A model generated the notes under the pieces. The model made no database searches. It was not told the origin of the DNA and worked only from the letters and a program-made list of their open reading frames with translations. Position numbers and translations under genes: made by a program. DNA of 64,000 nucleotides from Octopus sinensis. Taxonomy: Eukaryota. Position 1 is the first letter of the stretch. Each line of letters begins with the position of its first letter. The stretch is from contig NC_042998.1 of assembly GCF_006345805.1 (NCBI RefSeq), forward strand, positions 153,574,001 to 153,638,000, in the 5' to 3' direction. Below, piece after piece: positions 34,700 to 48,129 of this stretch.

Positions 34700-37600
34700 T
34701 CAAATATAAATAGTCTTTGAATGTTTCTTTGGCCAGTGAACCGTTCTGCCTGACCTCGTAACATAAGGTTTGTTCGAGGCAGGCTGTGACGACGAAGGTG
34801 ATGTTGCCGATGTTGGTGTTGATAAAGGTGCATGTGTAAATGGTGGTGTTGTCAAAGGTGCATGTGTAAATAGTGGTGTTGTCAAAGGTGCATGTGTAAA
34901 TAGTGGTGTTGTCAAAGGTGCATGTGAAGGTTCAACGATGGTTGTAGCAGCGGTGTCATCAAAAGATGTTGACACCTCAAAATATGCCCTTTTAAGACGA
35001 TCTACGGAGACGGTCTCCGAACGACCATTAATGTCAAGTTTGAATACTTTCGGCATGCGGGAAATCACACGAAAAGGTCCTTTATAAGGAGAAACAAGAG
35101 GTCCTTTGACAGAATCATCATAAACAAAAACATGTGTCCAAGAATCAAGATCTGATGGCACATTAGAAGGAGGATTTTGGTGTCGGGGACCCATAGGAGG
35201 AAGGGCAGAAAAATATCTGCGTAGTTGAGCAACATAAGACTCTAAATTAAGAGACTGTGACTTGTCTGGCACCAACATCGTACCAGGCAATACCAGTGTG
35301 GTACCATACAAGAGCTCGGCAAAAGAAAAACCAAGGTCTGCTTTAATTGCAGGCTGACATCCAAGCAGGACGATAGGGAGAAAGTCAGTCCACGACTGTG
35401 GATTCGGCGAGGCACGCAACGCGGCCTTAAGTTGCCTGTTGAAACGCTCCACCATCCCATTAGAAGCGGGATGGTAACTAGTGGTGCATATATGATGCAT
35501 CCCCAGGATTCGTGATAACTCAGGAAATAAAACCGCTTCGAATTGTCAACCACAATCTGTGGTTAAACTGGACGGTACACCATACCTAGAAATCCAATTA
35601 GACACGAAAGCTTTCGCAACAGTTTCAGCAGAAATGTCTGCTATAGGAATAGCTTCCGGCCAATGTGAGAAACGATCGATACAAGTTAAAATATATGAGA
35701 ACCCGCGACTCACAGGCCATGGTCCAACCAAATCAAGGTGGACATGGCGAAAACGGGCCTCAGGAGAAGAAAACTGTCCAAGTGGAGCACGAACGTGTCT
35801 ATGGACTTTAGCACTCTGGCACCTCAAACAAGAGCGTGCCCAAGAGGTAATCGATCGTCGCATATTGGGCCAGAAGAACTGAGCAGTAACAAGCTTTACT
35901 GTGGCAGAGATACCCGGATGTGACAATGAATGAAGAGCATCAAAAACAGAACATTGATGTTTCTCAGGTACTAACGGCCTGGGTGAACCGGTGGAGACAT
36001 CACAAAGAATAGAGCCTTCTGCTGAAGGGAGCGGACGGTAGGCAAATTTACAATTGATAAACTTGGGCGAAGTTAAATCCAACTCCTCTAAAGGTGGTTG
36101 ATCCTGCGAAATAGCAGTTAAGTCAATTGCTGCAGGAGAGGAAAAGGAATTGACAGGGAGTCTAGAGAGAGCATCAGCTGGGACGTTCTCCTTCCCTGGC
36201 ACATGTCGAATGTCACTTGTAAACTGAGAAATATAGTTCAGGTGACGGAAAGCACGAGGGGAGAGTTTGTCCGTTTTAGAAGACAGTGCAAACATAAGGG
36301 GCTTGTGATCAGTATAAATCACAAATTCTCGTCCCTCGAGCTGGTGCTGAAAATGTTGAACTGACAGATAGATTGCTTGTAACTCTCGATCAAAAGTACT
36401 ATATCTGCGTTCAGCAGGCTTTAGCTGGCAAGAAAAGAAAGCCAAAGGTTTAGTTTCACCATCTACAGCGTGCTGCAAGACAGCGCCAACTGCAGAATCT
36501 GATGCGTCCACAGATAAAGTAAGTGGAGCATCAGGAGCCAGATGTGCTAGAACAGGAACTGAAGCTAGTTCCTTTTTAACTAACTCAAAGGCAGACAGTG
36601 CTTCAGCTGAAAGAGTAAGACGGGCGTTCTTTTTAGAATTGCCCTTTAGCATCTGCATTAAAAGAAACAACTTGTCTGCACACCGGTTTATGAAGCGCCA
36701 ATAGAAATTAACTATACCCAAAAAATGGTGAAGTTGACGCAAAGAAGAAGGTGGTGCGATGCGCTGAATTGCATCGACTTTAGACGAGAGAGGTTTGATT
36801 CCATTCGAATCAATACAATGACCGAGAAATTCAAGAGATGATTGCCCAAAAACACACTTGTCTGGATTAATGCGAACACCATAGTCGCGAAGATGCTGAA
36901 AAGGCTGAGACAAGTGCTGGAGATGATTTTCATGCATATCACTTGCGATGAGGATATCATCGACATAAGCGAAAACAAAATCAAGTCCACGAACAACTTC
37001 ATCTATAAAACGTTGGAACGTACTAGTGGTGTTCCGCAAACCAAAACTCATGTATAGAAATTCGAAACAACCAAAAGGAGTGGTAATTGCCATTTTAGGA
37101 ACATCATCTGGGTTGACCGGTATTTGATGCTAAGCACATATGAGGTCAACCTTATAAAAAATGGTACAGCCATGAAGATTCGCTGAAAAGTCATTAAGAT
37201 TCCTAATTGGATATCTGTCCGGAATCGTCACAGAATTTAGACACCGATAATCTCCCACCAGGCGAAAATCTGTATCCCCTTTTCGAACTAAATGAAGGGT
37301 TGATGCCCATGGACTGGTGGATGGGCGTATCAGACCAAGCTGGAGCATATGCTCAAACTCAGCCCTAGCCGTTTTAAGATGGTCAGGTGCAAGATGCCGT
37401 GGGCGCGAAAAAACTGGCGGCCCAGTAGTTGTAATGAAATGGAGTATCAAGTGTACGGGTTTGCCATTTTAAAAGTAATATCAAGTAGCTCTGGAAAAGA
37501 AGCCAAAAGAGAATGAAAGACATCTCCAGATGTAGCAACAAAAAATGTCGGGCTAAGAGCTGAATCGGTAGATTCTCTGGTCAGTGTGGAGAGTGTAGTC

Positions 37601-37900
37601 GAACTGTCGACTAGCCTCTGACGTCTGACATCTACCAATAGATCAAAGTTATTTAGAAAATCCGCACCTAAAATAGGATGCAGAATGTCAGCAATGACAA
37701 AAACCCACTGAAAATCTCGACGAAGATTTATGTCAAGGCGTAAAGAGATCTGACCGAATGTGGCTATTGGTGACGAGTCAATAGCGTGCAAGGTAACATT
37801 AGATCGTTTTGGCCTGTCAGTTGTGAGACGCAGAGGCCAAATGCTGCAACAAGAACCAGTGTCCTAGATCCTTAACGAAAAATGCACGATAACTAGAAAA
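34700..37900 (-). pseudogene. pol: gypsy pol (protease, RT, RNase H, integrase) split over four ORFs
   Basis: The protease motif DTGSCC is at ~37860. Also present are RLVGDYR, YVDD, VDASD, YTDHKPL, the HHCC zinc finger, and the integrase D (HLDLVGP), D (TTDCG) and E (GMVERF) residues. Confidence 0.93.
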
Positions 37901-37938
37901 CGATGTGGAGGAAGTTGACGTGCTCAACTCCTCCGAAG

Positions 37939-38667
37939 CTAGTTTAAATCTTTATAGGTGCATGGCTTTATGCACTTATGTGCTTTCTCTCCAAATTTGG
38001 AGTGATACCAACACAGTCCGGACTTTGATTGTGTGGAATGAGATGGTGAATGGCCACGACTACACGATCTTGAAAATCGCTTGCCATCGCGACACATCGC
38101 GTCCATCCTTTTGGTGAGACTTTCTATTTGTTTAGAAAGTCCATCAATTAAGTTTGCAGAAGTTTCCGAGCAGACACAAGCAGCATGTGAAGATGGTCGC
38201 ACTGCAAATTCAACCATCTTATCCACCATGGTCGCTATTTGGTCCACAGTATTGGACTCTATAGCAGTTGACAAAACAGTTTGTATGTAGGCGGGCAACC
38301 TTGCAAAAAAAATTTTCCGAAGCAGAGGATCGTCTGCAGATTTACCGCTCAACTCTCTTAAACGTCTCAGAAATTCAGAAGGAGTCCTATCTCCCAACTG
38401 TTCATCCGCCATCAATTCATTGAAGCGACTTTCCTCGCTTCTAGTATTTCTTTTCTCCACTTCTAATTTAACAGACGCATAAGTGGCATCTGGAGAAGGA
38501 TCCGTAATAAGATCTCTGGCAGTAGTTGCAAGTTGAGGAGGCATACAACTATAAAGAATTTGCAACTGCTGCTCAGAAGAAACACTATGTGCACAAAAAT
38601 ATGCCTCTAGTTGTGCAAACCAAAGTGTGGCATCACCTGTGAAAATGGGTAATGATGCCAAAGACAT
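37939..38667 (-). CDS. gag: gypsy Gag (242 aa)
   Basis: It contains LWFAQLEAYF, LGDRTPSEFLRRLREL and the C-terminal CWYHSKFGEKAHKCIKPC (C-x2-H-x9-C-x3-C). Confidence 0.9.
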   Translation of the reverse strand: MSLASLPIFTGDATLWFAQLEAYFCAHSVSSEQQLQILYSCMPPQLATTARDLITDPSPDATYASVKLEVEKRNTRSEESRFNELMADEQLGDRTPSEFLRRLRELSGKSADDPLLRKIFFARLPAYIQTVLSTAIESNTVDQIATMVDKMVEFAVRPSSHAACVCSETSANLIDGLSKQIESLTKRMDAMCRDGKRFSRSCSRGHSPSHSTQSKSGLCWYHSKFGEKAHKCIKPCTYKDLN

Positions 38668-39412
38668 GTTCTTTTTTTAAATTTAACTAGATGACTCTGT
38701 CAAAGGAAAGGGAAATGACAACAAAAAGTTGAACTGACACAAATGTAAAAAAAAACAGAAAGAAATAGAAATTAAACAAGACCAGCAAGTGAACCAATAA
38801 ATTTTTTTTATGTGTAAATTTTACCAAAAAAAATGTGTTTTTTCTTTTTCTTTTTGTACTGTATGCACAGAGAATAAAAATTCTCTTTTTTTTTTTCCCC
38901 AACCTTCGTCGCGTCTGAAACAAAATTTTTCTTTTTGTTAATTTTTTTTTTATGAAGTTAGAGTTATTTTACCAGTTCATAGTAAAGTACATAATAGTAG
39001 TTCGTTCTGTAACAGGATGTTGGGATCACAAGTGCAGATGCCGGTTGAACACATGTCGTGTAGCAATTGTGGCTTCAATGTTGTTGCAGGTTACATTGGT
39101 ACAGAAGATCTCGCAGGTAGTGCTGTGCTGTTAACCTCAGTGAAAATCACAACAGCGTAAAAGCTAAAACTGAGTGAGTGCTTTGTACGTATTAGTGTTG
39201 CTGGAGATGAAGGCGACGGAGATGGAGACGACGTGAAGTTGAAGGACAGCGATGGTGATTGCGACGGCAGAGAAAGGCGTTGTTGGTGGAAACGTCCTGC
39301 GTCGCTGGTGTATGTTGAGGCGAAGATATCGACGTCAGAAAAACTGGATTCACAACTCTGATTCGGTATAAACTAGATTTTATTTAAGTGTTCTATAGTC
39401 TATGATCAGAAC

Positions 39413-39424
39413 TCGGGGTCACCA
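39413..39424 (-). promoter_or_regulatory. Primer-binding site complementary to tRNA-Trp
   Basis: TGGTGACCCCGA begins 1 nt after the 5' LTR and matches the 3' end of eukaryotic tRNA-Trp (...TCGGGGTCACCA). Confidence 0.88.
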
Positions 39425-39425
39425 C

Positions 39426-39933
39426 TGTAATGGAACTGGTTAATTCTTTACACTGTTCGGGTGCAACCAATTTCCTTTCTTTTTGTTTCTTGAAACTACC
39501 AGTCAGGAACAAAATGCAACTTTAAAAATATATATGATTCTTTATTCTCTTATTTACAAATGAAGCACATTGGTATATTGGTATCCACTTGGTTCAATAT
39601 AGCAAGGCTGAATTTTAACATTTGTAAGATTCTTACAACAAATTCAGCAGCAACAGAGCAGGTCAAATTCTAAGCGTCTGGGACAGGAGAATGGCTGATC
39701 ACACGTTTAATACGTCCTTTCGCTTCAATAGCCGTGTCTCAAGTCAACGACGCTAAACAAGGAACGCGATAGAATTTTCTTCCCCAGTCTCTTGCGCATG
39801 TTCATGAGGGAACTTCCTTAGGCCTTTCCAGAAGGTTCCAGCCCCGCACACGCACACTGAAGAATGACGTTCTGCACACGCACACTGAAGAATGACGTTG
39901 CGTGTGCGCACACTGGAAAATGACGTCACTACA
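39426..39933 (-). repeat. 5' LTR (508 bp)
   Basis: It differs from the 3' LTR by 10 substitutions and a 28-bp tandem duplication. Confidence 0.96.
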
Positions 39934-40426
39934 TACTTATTTAGCAAGTCAATAGTAAGGTTGTAAAAATGCATTGAAACTTTTGATATTTGATAACAGA
40001 GAGAAGTATTAAAGGATAAATGAGTAGGAAATATATCAGTTTTTCTATGTTTTTAAATTTTAAATGGCTAAAAAAGATTAGGGTTTTATATATAGTTAGA
40101 AGTGATCAATCATAAACTTAAAGGCATAAAATATACCACTGAAAAATATATACATATTTCTCTCTTCCTCTCTCTCTTGTTCATACGTAAATGCCTGTGT
40201 ATATTTGTGTATGCCTATGATTTTAAACTGTAGTTTTCACTGAAGATAATACATTTGACTAAATTTCAGTGGTATTTGATATTTGGATAGGAAAAAATTC
40301 TATTAATTTCATATCAAAAAATTAGAACCATTTTCTTAAGCAATAATTTCCATTTTGATATTAAACAATAGCAGTTTCATATAATCCATTCTTTTACTTG
40401 AACATTTTTAACATCACTACCTGATA

Positions 40427-41587
40427 TACAGTGGTTGTCCTGAAAGTAATACCTAAGTGACCATAACTTCTTCACTAACTGGCATGAATCATTCCACTTA
40501 TGGTATAGTAACTCTTTGCATTCTTTTTCATTGTAGAAGGGGTGTTGACTGTTTGACATCCACTAAAAATTACAGATAATGCTATTGACAAGAACTATGT
40601 GCACAGATGGATGAAGTTTAAAGACATGGAAACTATTATTGAAGACGAATTATGCAGTGGGGAACCATTAACTGCAGCCACTGATATAAATTAGCAACAA
40701 GTGAATGAATTGATTTGTGCAAACAGCTGTGTCATAATCTGTGAGCTTGCTGCACAACTGGGCTCTTTTCACAATGCATTACAGATGGTGAAAGACTTTG
40801 GTCATTGGCAAGTGCATGCAAAGTGGATACCTTGACAGTTGACACCTGATTTGGAAGAGAAGTATGGAAATGTGCTCTGATCTACTGGAAGTATTTGAAG
40901 TTAATGAAAATACATTTTTCTTTTTGACTGGGAATGAAACATAGGTGTATCTTTATGATCCAAAAATAAAGTGTCAGTCCATGGAATGGTATCAGACCTC
41001 CTCTCCAAGATCTAAGACATTCAAGAGCCAGTGACCAGCATGGAAAAGATAAGGTATTCTGTGGAATGTGAAGGGAATCATTACCCTTGATTTTCTAGAA
41101 TGTGTCTCTATCATGAACAACAAGTAGTACATTAAGACACTTGAAAGCTTTGAAAAGCCATTAGGAAAAAAGACCAAACAAGTATCTGAAACAATCCAAA
41201 TTTATCATAATAATACATATAACCACACATGTTTCATGACAAATTTGGCTGGTCATTGGCCCTTTACCTATCATACAGCTCGGGTGTGGCACTTTGACTT
41301 TCACCTTTTCAGTCCAATAAAAGAGACAGTCTTTGGTTTGATGACACAAACAAGGTAAAAGTGGCTGTGAAGAAATGAGTACAACAGTGTTCACCTGTAT
41401 TCAAAAAAGTTTTGGAAGTTGAGTTCAGTGATGGCACAAATGCATCACTTGCAATGGAGACTATGTTGAGAAGTACCTTTCTATAGAGGATGAGTTACTC
41501 TACCAACATGTGCAATTTGAAATATTATTGTCAATTTATAAAAAAAGTTATGCCCACTTTTGCATCATTTTTAGGACAACTCCTGTA
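40427..41587 (+). mobile_element. mariner element, heavily degenerate
   Basis: The TIRs are TAcagtggttgtcctgaaagtaat and TAcaggagttgtcctaaaaatgat. Transposase remnants are KWIP*QLT, TGNET*VYLYDP and GDYVEK. Confidence 0.78.
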
Positions 41588-42937
41588 TTAAAAGAAAATA
41601 CAAACTTTCCATAAAAGGTTGCTTTTGTTGTAGCTTAATTAGCTAAGTGTGTGGAGTTATACTCAAAACCTACAACTCCAATGCATCGATTCTGATTCCA
41701 ACTCCTCTATTTATAATTAGAATAATTAAATATTTTTTTTATTAATTGAAAGTACACAACACATGAGAATGTAACTCATGAGGTTACTTTTTAAGATTCT
41801 AAAGTTTAGGCTTACAGGCTATAAAAGAATTGTTTGAATATAGAATTTAAGTGAATGTAACATAAAGTATTGTATTAAATGAAAAGTATATCCCTACAAA
41901 ATTTATTAAAGAAACACTGTATCTGTAGAGTAAGGATTAAACCAAAAGTTCAAATTTAAAATGTTCTAACATTTTGTTTGTTTCTGCCAGAACTTCATTC
42001 TCTTAAATCTGATTTGATTACTTTCAGTGCAGAAAACAGTTGAATTGATATTTGTGAAAAGGAAAATTTTTATTCATTATATTACAATTTACATTTAGTT
42101 GAAGTCAGTACATTTTGCAGATATCAACTCCAATCCAATAAATACTTTCAACTCCTATTTCATGACTCTGAATCCAACCACATCATTGGTTATCTGTAAG
42201 CAATATAGGAAAAGATGTAAAATGTTTCAACTTACATTATTCAATTAAATAACCTAAATATTAACCCATGTGTATTGTTAGTCAATATTTAAGTTAAAGT
42301 ATGTGTTGAATGAGGAATTTATTGTAAATGCTAAACTATATCTATGATTTAATACTTTATCATTTTGAATGTATTTCAACACATGAAAACTTAAAGCACA
42401 TTTCTTGTTTTGCTTGTGTTAACCAATAGCCTGTTGATTTCAATTTAACTCAATAGGAAATTGCTCAAAGTATTTTAGTTAAAAAGAAACAGTAGAGATT
42501 ATGAACTTCTTAGAACCAATTATTTTGTGAAATAATTAGCTTTCATGTAAAATGACCATAAAATGATAATCCCCATTGGTTATTTCTTTTAGAATTTAAA
42601 TTGACAAAATCTTTGGTGGGGCTGAGGGAACAGTTGACAAGAAAGAACAAATGCTAAATATTTTCTTTTTTACAAAAACAGAATGAGTATGTGACTGTTT
42701 TCTTGCCTGTTATCAAATGTCTACATTTTCTTTTTGATGATGATAACAATATGCACTAATACATGATTGGCTATAATGACTTAACAACAGATGAGAAGGA
42801 GGATTGTGGTTTTCATACTTTACATTAGTGACATAAGAGAGAACATAACCAAATAACCTGCTTAGTTATGCATTCTTTGTAACTAATCCTTTGAAAGTAT
42901 TAGTATTTATTGATAAGGTCAATCCTTTGTATTAAAG

Positions 42938-43097
42938 GTTCACATCAAAAGAGATAAAATAACTCGACCCGGGGCAAGGATGAGGAAAAATAATGAAGGA
43001 ATGCCCAGTTATGAAAATAATAATATACTTGGTGCTCTCTATATTACATTTGATATCGATTTCCCTAAGAAGACATTATCAGAAGAAGAAAAGACAA
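42938..43097 (+). CDS. DNAJB11: DNAJB11 penultimate coding exon
   Basis: Acceptor is attaaag|GTT and donor is ACAA|gtaagt. The 160 nt translate [53 protein letters not shown]. Confidence 0.95.
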
Positions 43098-43483
43098 GTA
43101 AGTCTCTGTAGTTTGTTTTTATTGATTTTAATACCAAGAAAATTCTCTTACTATAACTTGATATGTCTGTTACTATATGAAGTCTACTCTAGTTTCAACA
43201 ATCTCTATATAAGCTAACTCCATAGTGGTTACAAACAACTTTATATGAGAACAAATTGTCTATTTTGTTGGATATTCTTACTTTTTTATACTGATTATTG
43301 TAGAAAGATTGTTGTCAACCAACTAACTGATTACTATTTGCAGTAGAAAAGATCCAAACATTATATAAGTTTTAACTTATTCTTAGATATCATGTGCATG
43401 AAAAATTAGTGCTTATATGTTTAATGCAGAGTACATTAAAAATCTTACAGGAATTAAATACGAGATGATGATAAAAGATATTA

Positions 43484-46400
43484 GCCCTCTTTCCCAGTTT
43501 TCAGAGTTGGCATTCTACATGTAGGCTCATTGAAAGGTAGATCTAGAGAGATTGTAGAGATGCTTGAACAGAGAAGTGTTGATATATGTTGCATACATGA
43601 GGTAAGATGGAGAGGAGCTTCAGCCAGAGTCCTCACAAGGAGAGTGCATAGGTATACACTCTTCTGGGAAGACAATAGTAATGGAATAGGGGATGTGGGC
43701 ATACTTCTTGCAGAGAAATGGGTAGATAAGGTCGTAGAGGTAGTGAGGGTGTGTGATAGAGTACTTAAACTCAGGCTAGTCTTGCAGAATGGTGTAGCTA
43801 CAATTATCTCCGCCTACATCCCACAAGTGGAACTACCAAATGAACAAAAGGCTCACTTTTATGATATTCTTCTGCAGGCTATCTCAAAGACGAGTGATAA
43901 TGATCTCATCTCTGTGGCTGGAGATTTTAATGGGTATGTCAGACAGCAATCTGGTATCTTCGATGGTGTACATGGTGGCCATGGAGTTGGTACCTGAAAT
44001 GAAGAGGCAACTAGACTCCTGGAGTTCTGCAATGCAAATAACCTATTGATCTGCAACACCAACATCAGGAAGCCAGCTAGCCACCTGATAACCTATCAAT
44101 CAGGTGACTCTGCTAGCCAGACTGATCTCATTCTCACCAGACAGCAGGATGCATGGTTGCTCTTAAATACAAAGCCCCTCCCTGGTGAAGAACGTACCCA
44201 CAACATTGATTAGTTATTAGTGACTTTAGGCTCAAGGCCAGAAGGATGCCAAAAACCAAACCAATCTAGAAAAGAAGGACTTGGAAGCTTAGGAACCCTT
44301 CACATGGTCAGAGATTTAGGGATATCCTTACTGAGAAATTTGATGATAGGGAGGAGGAGCTACAGTCCTGTGACATAGAAGGCAGCTAGGAATTCCTGCG
44401 AGACAGCTTGCTGAGTGCCACAGATCAAATCTGTGGCTGGTGCAAAGTCTCTTCCAGACCTAGGGTAACATGGTGGTGGAACAATACTGTAGACAGGGCC
44501 ATTAGAGCAAAGAAATAGGCCTAGAATTCCTGGAAGAGTTGGGGTAGCAGACGAATGTATCAGATAGCAAAAAAGGAAGCTATGAGACAGGTATATATAG
44601 CCAAGGGAGTAGCAGAAAAGAATAAGTTTTCCATGGTTCAGTGATGTGAGGACCAGAGAACTGAGATATTTCAGATTGCAAGACAGTGTGTGAGAGAAAA
44701 CCGCAATGTCATAGGAGAGAAATGTGTCCACATGGATGATGGTGCCCTTGCATTTAATAATTCTGCAAAGAAAGAGGCTTGGAGAAGCCATTATGAAAGT
44801 CTGCTGAATTGGGAGGAGGAGTCTGCCAAAGGTTGACCCAATTGAGGGACCAGCTCTCTGTATCGACAGTACCCAGGTAGATAAATCAATTAAGGATATG
44901 AAGCCAGGGAAAGCACCTGGCCCATCAGGAATCACTGCTGGGATGCTTAAAATGTGGGTTATGGTCTTGTCACCCGCATCATAAATCAGGTAGTTCAATG
45001 ACTGGTGTAGCAGCACCATAGTCAACTGCTTCGAGGGAAAAGATGATGCTTTAGGTAGAAATAACTACAGGAGTATCAAATTATTGGATCACATGATGAA
45101 AGTTACAGAGCGGGTCATAGCCCAACTAATTAGGGAGAGAGTTAGCCTAGATGAGATGCAGTTCAGAAACACCACTGATGCTATATTTCTGGTAAGGCAA
45201 CTGCAGGAGAAATACCTGGCCAAAGATAAACCTTTGTACTTGGTTTTTGTTGACTTGGAGAACGCCTTTGACAGGGTCTCCCGATCTCTTATCTGGTGGT
45301 CAATGCGAAAATAGACAAGTGGCTGGTAAGAGCTGTACAAGCTCTGTAGAGGGATGCTGTCAGTAAGGTGAGGGTTGGCAACGAATATAGTGAAGAATTC
45401 CAAGTAGAAATAGGGGTTCACCAAGGATCATTCCTCAGCCCCCTCTTATTCATTATAGTCCTCCAAGCAATAACAGAGGAATTCCAGACAGGCTGCCCCT
45501 GGGAGCTCCTCTGTGCTGGTGACCTTACTCTAATAGCTGAGTTACTGCCAGAACTGGAGACAAAGTTTAGTGTGTGGAAGCTAGGTCTAGAATCAAAGGG
45601 CTTTAGGGCTAACCTAGCTAAAACCAAAGTCTTAGTAAGTAGGAAGGCTGTCAAATCACAACTTCCTTCGGGTAGATGACCCTGCTTGATCTGTAGAAAA
45701 GGCATGGGTAGACTCCATATGATATACCTGGTGTAAGCTTTGGACACATAAAAGGTGCAGCAATATCAAATGAAGGTTAACCGGGAAAATTGTTTTTATG
45801 TGTGGCTGATGCACTGGGGCAATAAACACTGAAGATGTACAGAAAACAGATTCCATCACATGCTAGGGGAAGAAACTACAAGTAATTAATAGTTTCTACT
45901 CCCATGGTGTCCAAGTCAGTAGTGGGGATGGTTGCTCTGAGAGTGTAACGACTAGAGTCGCTTGGACAAAGTTCAGAGACCTCCTACCTCTGATGGCAAT
46001 TAAAGGCCTCTCGCTCAGGGTGAAAGGTAGACTGTATGATGCATGTGTGCAAACTGCCATGCTACATGGCAGTGAAACATGGGCTATGAATGCTGACGAC
46101 ATGCGTAGGCTTGAAAGAAATGAAGCTAGTTTGATCCGCTGGATGTGTAATGTCAGTGTGCATACATGACACAGTGTAAGCACACAGAGAAAAGTTGGGC
46201 ATAAGAAGCATCAAATGTGGTGTGCAAGAGAGATGACTGAGCTGGTATAGCCATGTGTTATGTATGAATGAAGACAGCTGTCTGAGGAAGTGCCTTTCCC
46301 TAACTGTAGAAGGAACCTGTAGAAGAGGTAGACCCAGGAAGACATAGGATGGGGTAGTGAAGCATAACCTTTGAACATTGGGCCTCACAGAGGCAATGAT

Positions 46401-47090
46401 AGGAGACCGGGACCTTTGGAGATACACTGATTAAGAAGACCCGGCAACTAAAGTGAGATGTCCAGCCCTGTTAAGAATACTCTTGATGCATCGGGCGATA
46501 TGATATGCTTGAGAAGACCTGTTGAATCAAGTGAAATGAATATCGTAGCTGGGGCCAGTGCTCCCTGGCTAGCTCCCATGCCAGTGGCACATAAAAAGCA
46601 CCATCCGAACATGGTCAATGCCAGGTCCGCCTGACTGGCTCCTGTGCCAGTAGCACATAAAAAGCACCAACTGATCATGACTGATGCCAGTATCCCCTGA
46701 CTGGCTCCTGTGCCAGTGATGCGTAAAAAGCACCATCCGAATGTGATCATTGTCAGGCCCACCTTACTGGCTCTTGTGCTGGTGACACATAAAAAGCACC
46801 ATTTGAACATGATCATTGCCATACTGGCTCTTGTGGCAGGTAAAAAGCACCATCTGAACATAATCGTTACCTGGCCCACCTTACTGGCTCCTGTGCTGGT
46901 AACACATAAAAAGCACCCACTACACTCTCGGAATGATTGGCGTTAGGAAGGGCATCCAGCTGTAGAAACTCAGCCAGACCAGATTGGAGCCTGGTGTAGC
47001 CGCTGGCTCTCCAGACCTCAGTCAAACCATCCAACCCATGCCAGCATGGAAAACAGACGTTAATCGATGGTAATGATGATGATGATGATG
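43484..47090 (+). mobile_element. RTE-clade LINE, near full length, degenerate
   Basis: It has APE ORF 43530-43997 (EVRWRG, AGDFNG), RT fragments at 45084-45679, a PHD remnant, six 3' UTR units and a (GAT)n tail. Confidence 0.92.
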
Positions 47091-47481
47091 TTGGGAGTGG
47101 AATTAGTAACATCATCAGCAAAGTATTACCTGCAATATGTTTGCTGAAGTAGAAAAGAGAAAAATAATTGGGTAACTGTACCCAATTATTTTTCTCTTTT
47201 CTACTTCAGCAAACATGTGTAGCATAGGAAAATTAAGTTGTTTAGAAAGTAAATCATGCCTTAGGTATTGTCAACACTAGCTTACCTGTTAATTTTTGTG
47301 AATGTCATCATGTGCTTAGGAAAATAACAGTATTATGGAATTCCGTATTTTGCAATATCAAGATCATTAAAGAAAAGGCAGTGAGTATATTTTGCGCATG
47401 TGTTGCAATACTAAGTCAGTTTCAGTGACACTTTATCTATCAAATTGCATTACTGTTACTTTCCTATTCTTTTCTTTGCAG

Positions 47482-47546
47482 ATATACAGCAAATTTTGGA
47501 ACAGAGTTCAAAACAGTATGTTTATAATGGTCTACAAGGATATTAA
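47482..47546 (+). CDS. DNAJB11: DNAJB11 last coding exon with stop codon
   Basis: Acceptor is ttttctttgcag|AT. It translates (N)IQQILEQSSKQYVYNGLQGY*, and YNGLQGY is the conserved DNAJB11 C-terminus. The phase fits the previous exon. Confidence 0.95.
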
Positions 47547-48129
47547 CTGTGAATAACTGTTTCAGTTATTTCTTAATTCATAGACAGTGAAAAGCACAGT
47601 TTTTACAGTTTCCCAGACCTTTTGGGATATTTGCTCATTTTCATTAAAAGATATGCTTTAAAAAGTAACAAAAAAGGAACAAATATCCAAATGACACATT
47701 CTTTATTCATACCTCTTTTTTAGGGTTTTTCTTTTTATTATCATTCTAGGATTGGAATGTACAGTTGTGTTTGACAGTTACAAGGAACTGCAGTCAATTC
47801 ACAATTTCTTAAGTGACATTTATGCTATTCCTGCTGTTCCGAATTCTGATACTATTAAAATGGTTATAAATGTAGCAAAAGTTAAACAAATGAAATTAGA
47901 TATTATAATCCATGCTAAATGGATTGTAGCATTTAATTTCGTTTGCTTCAGTTCAGAGTTCAAATCCTGCCAAGGTCAATGTTGCCTTTCATCCATCACC
48001 ATACATTCATACTAATAATATATTTTGATATCATTTTAGCTGACTATACTCCTTCCATATAGATATTGGCCTTGCATAGTTCAAAGAAATCAATATAGTA
48101 TAGTGAATATGTTTAAGAGAAATAAAGAA

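Larger units (their letters stand above)
34004..39933 (-). mobile_element. Full-length Ty3/gypsy LTR retrotransposon, CsRN1-like, frameshifted
   Basis: The TG..CA LTRs are 34004-34483 and 39426-39933, with a TACT 4-bp TSD, a tRNA-Trp PBS and a PPT. Gag has a CHCC knuckle, followed by PR-RT-RH-IN order. Confidence 0.96.

Noticed and set aside
34770-38290. Plus-strand ORFs over the gypsy element (34770, 35559, 35738, 36842, 37905, 38081)
   Set aside because: They are antisense shadows of gag-pol with no recognisable domains.
39120-39370. Ser/Pro-rich open stretch in the gypsy leader (minus strand)
   Set aside because: It has no in-frame ATG and no similarity I recognise, so it does not support an extra ORF.
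45824-45846. CTGAAGA-tgtaca-GAAA hammerhead-like match
   Set aside because: Stem II is too short to fold, stems I and III are absent, and it lies in RTE coding sequence.
48121-48126. AATAAA as the DNAJB11 polyadenylation signal
   Set aside because: It abuts a SINE tail, and ATTAAA alternatives exist near 47643 and 47854. This cannot be decided without 3'-end data.
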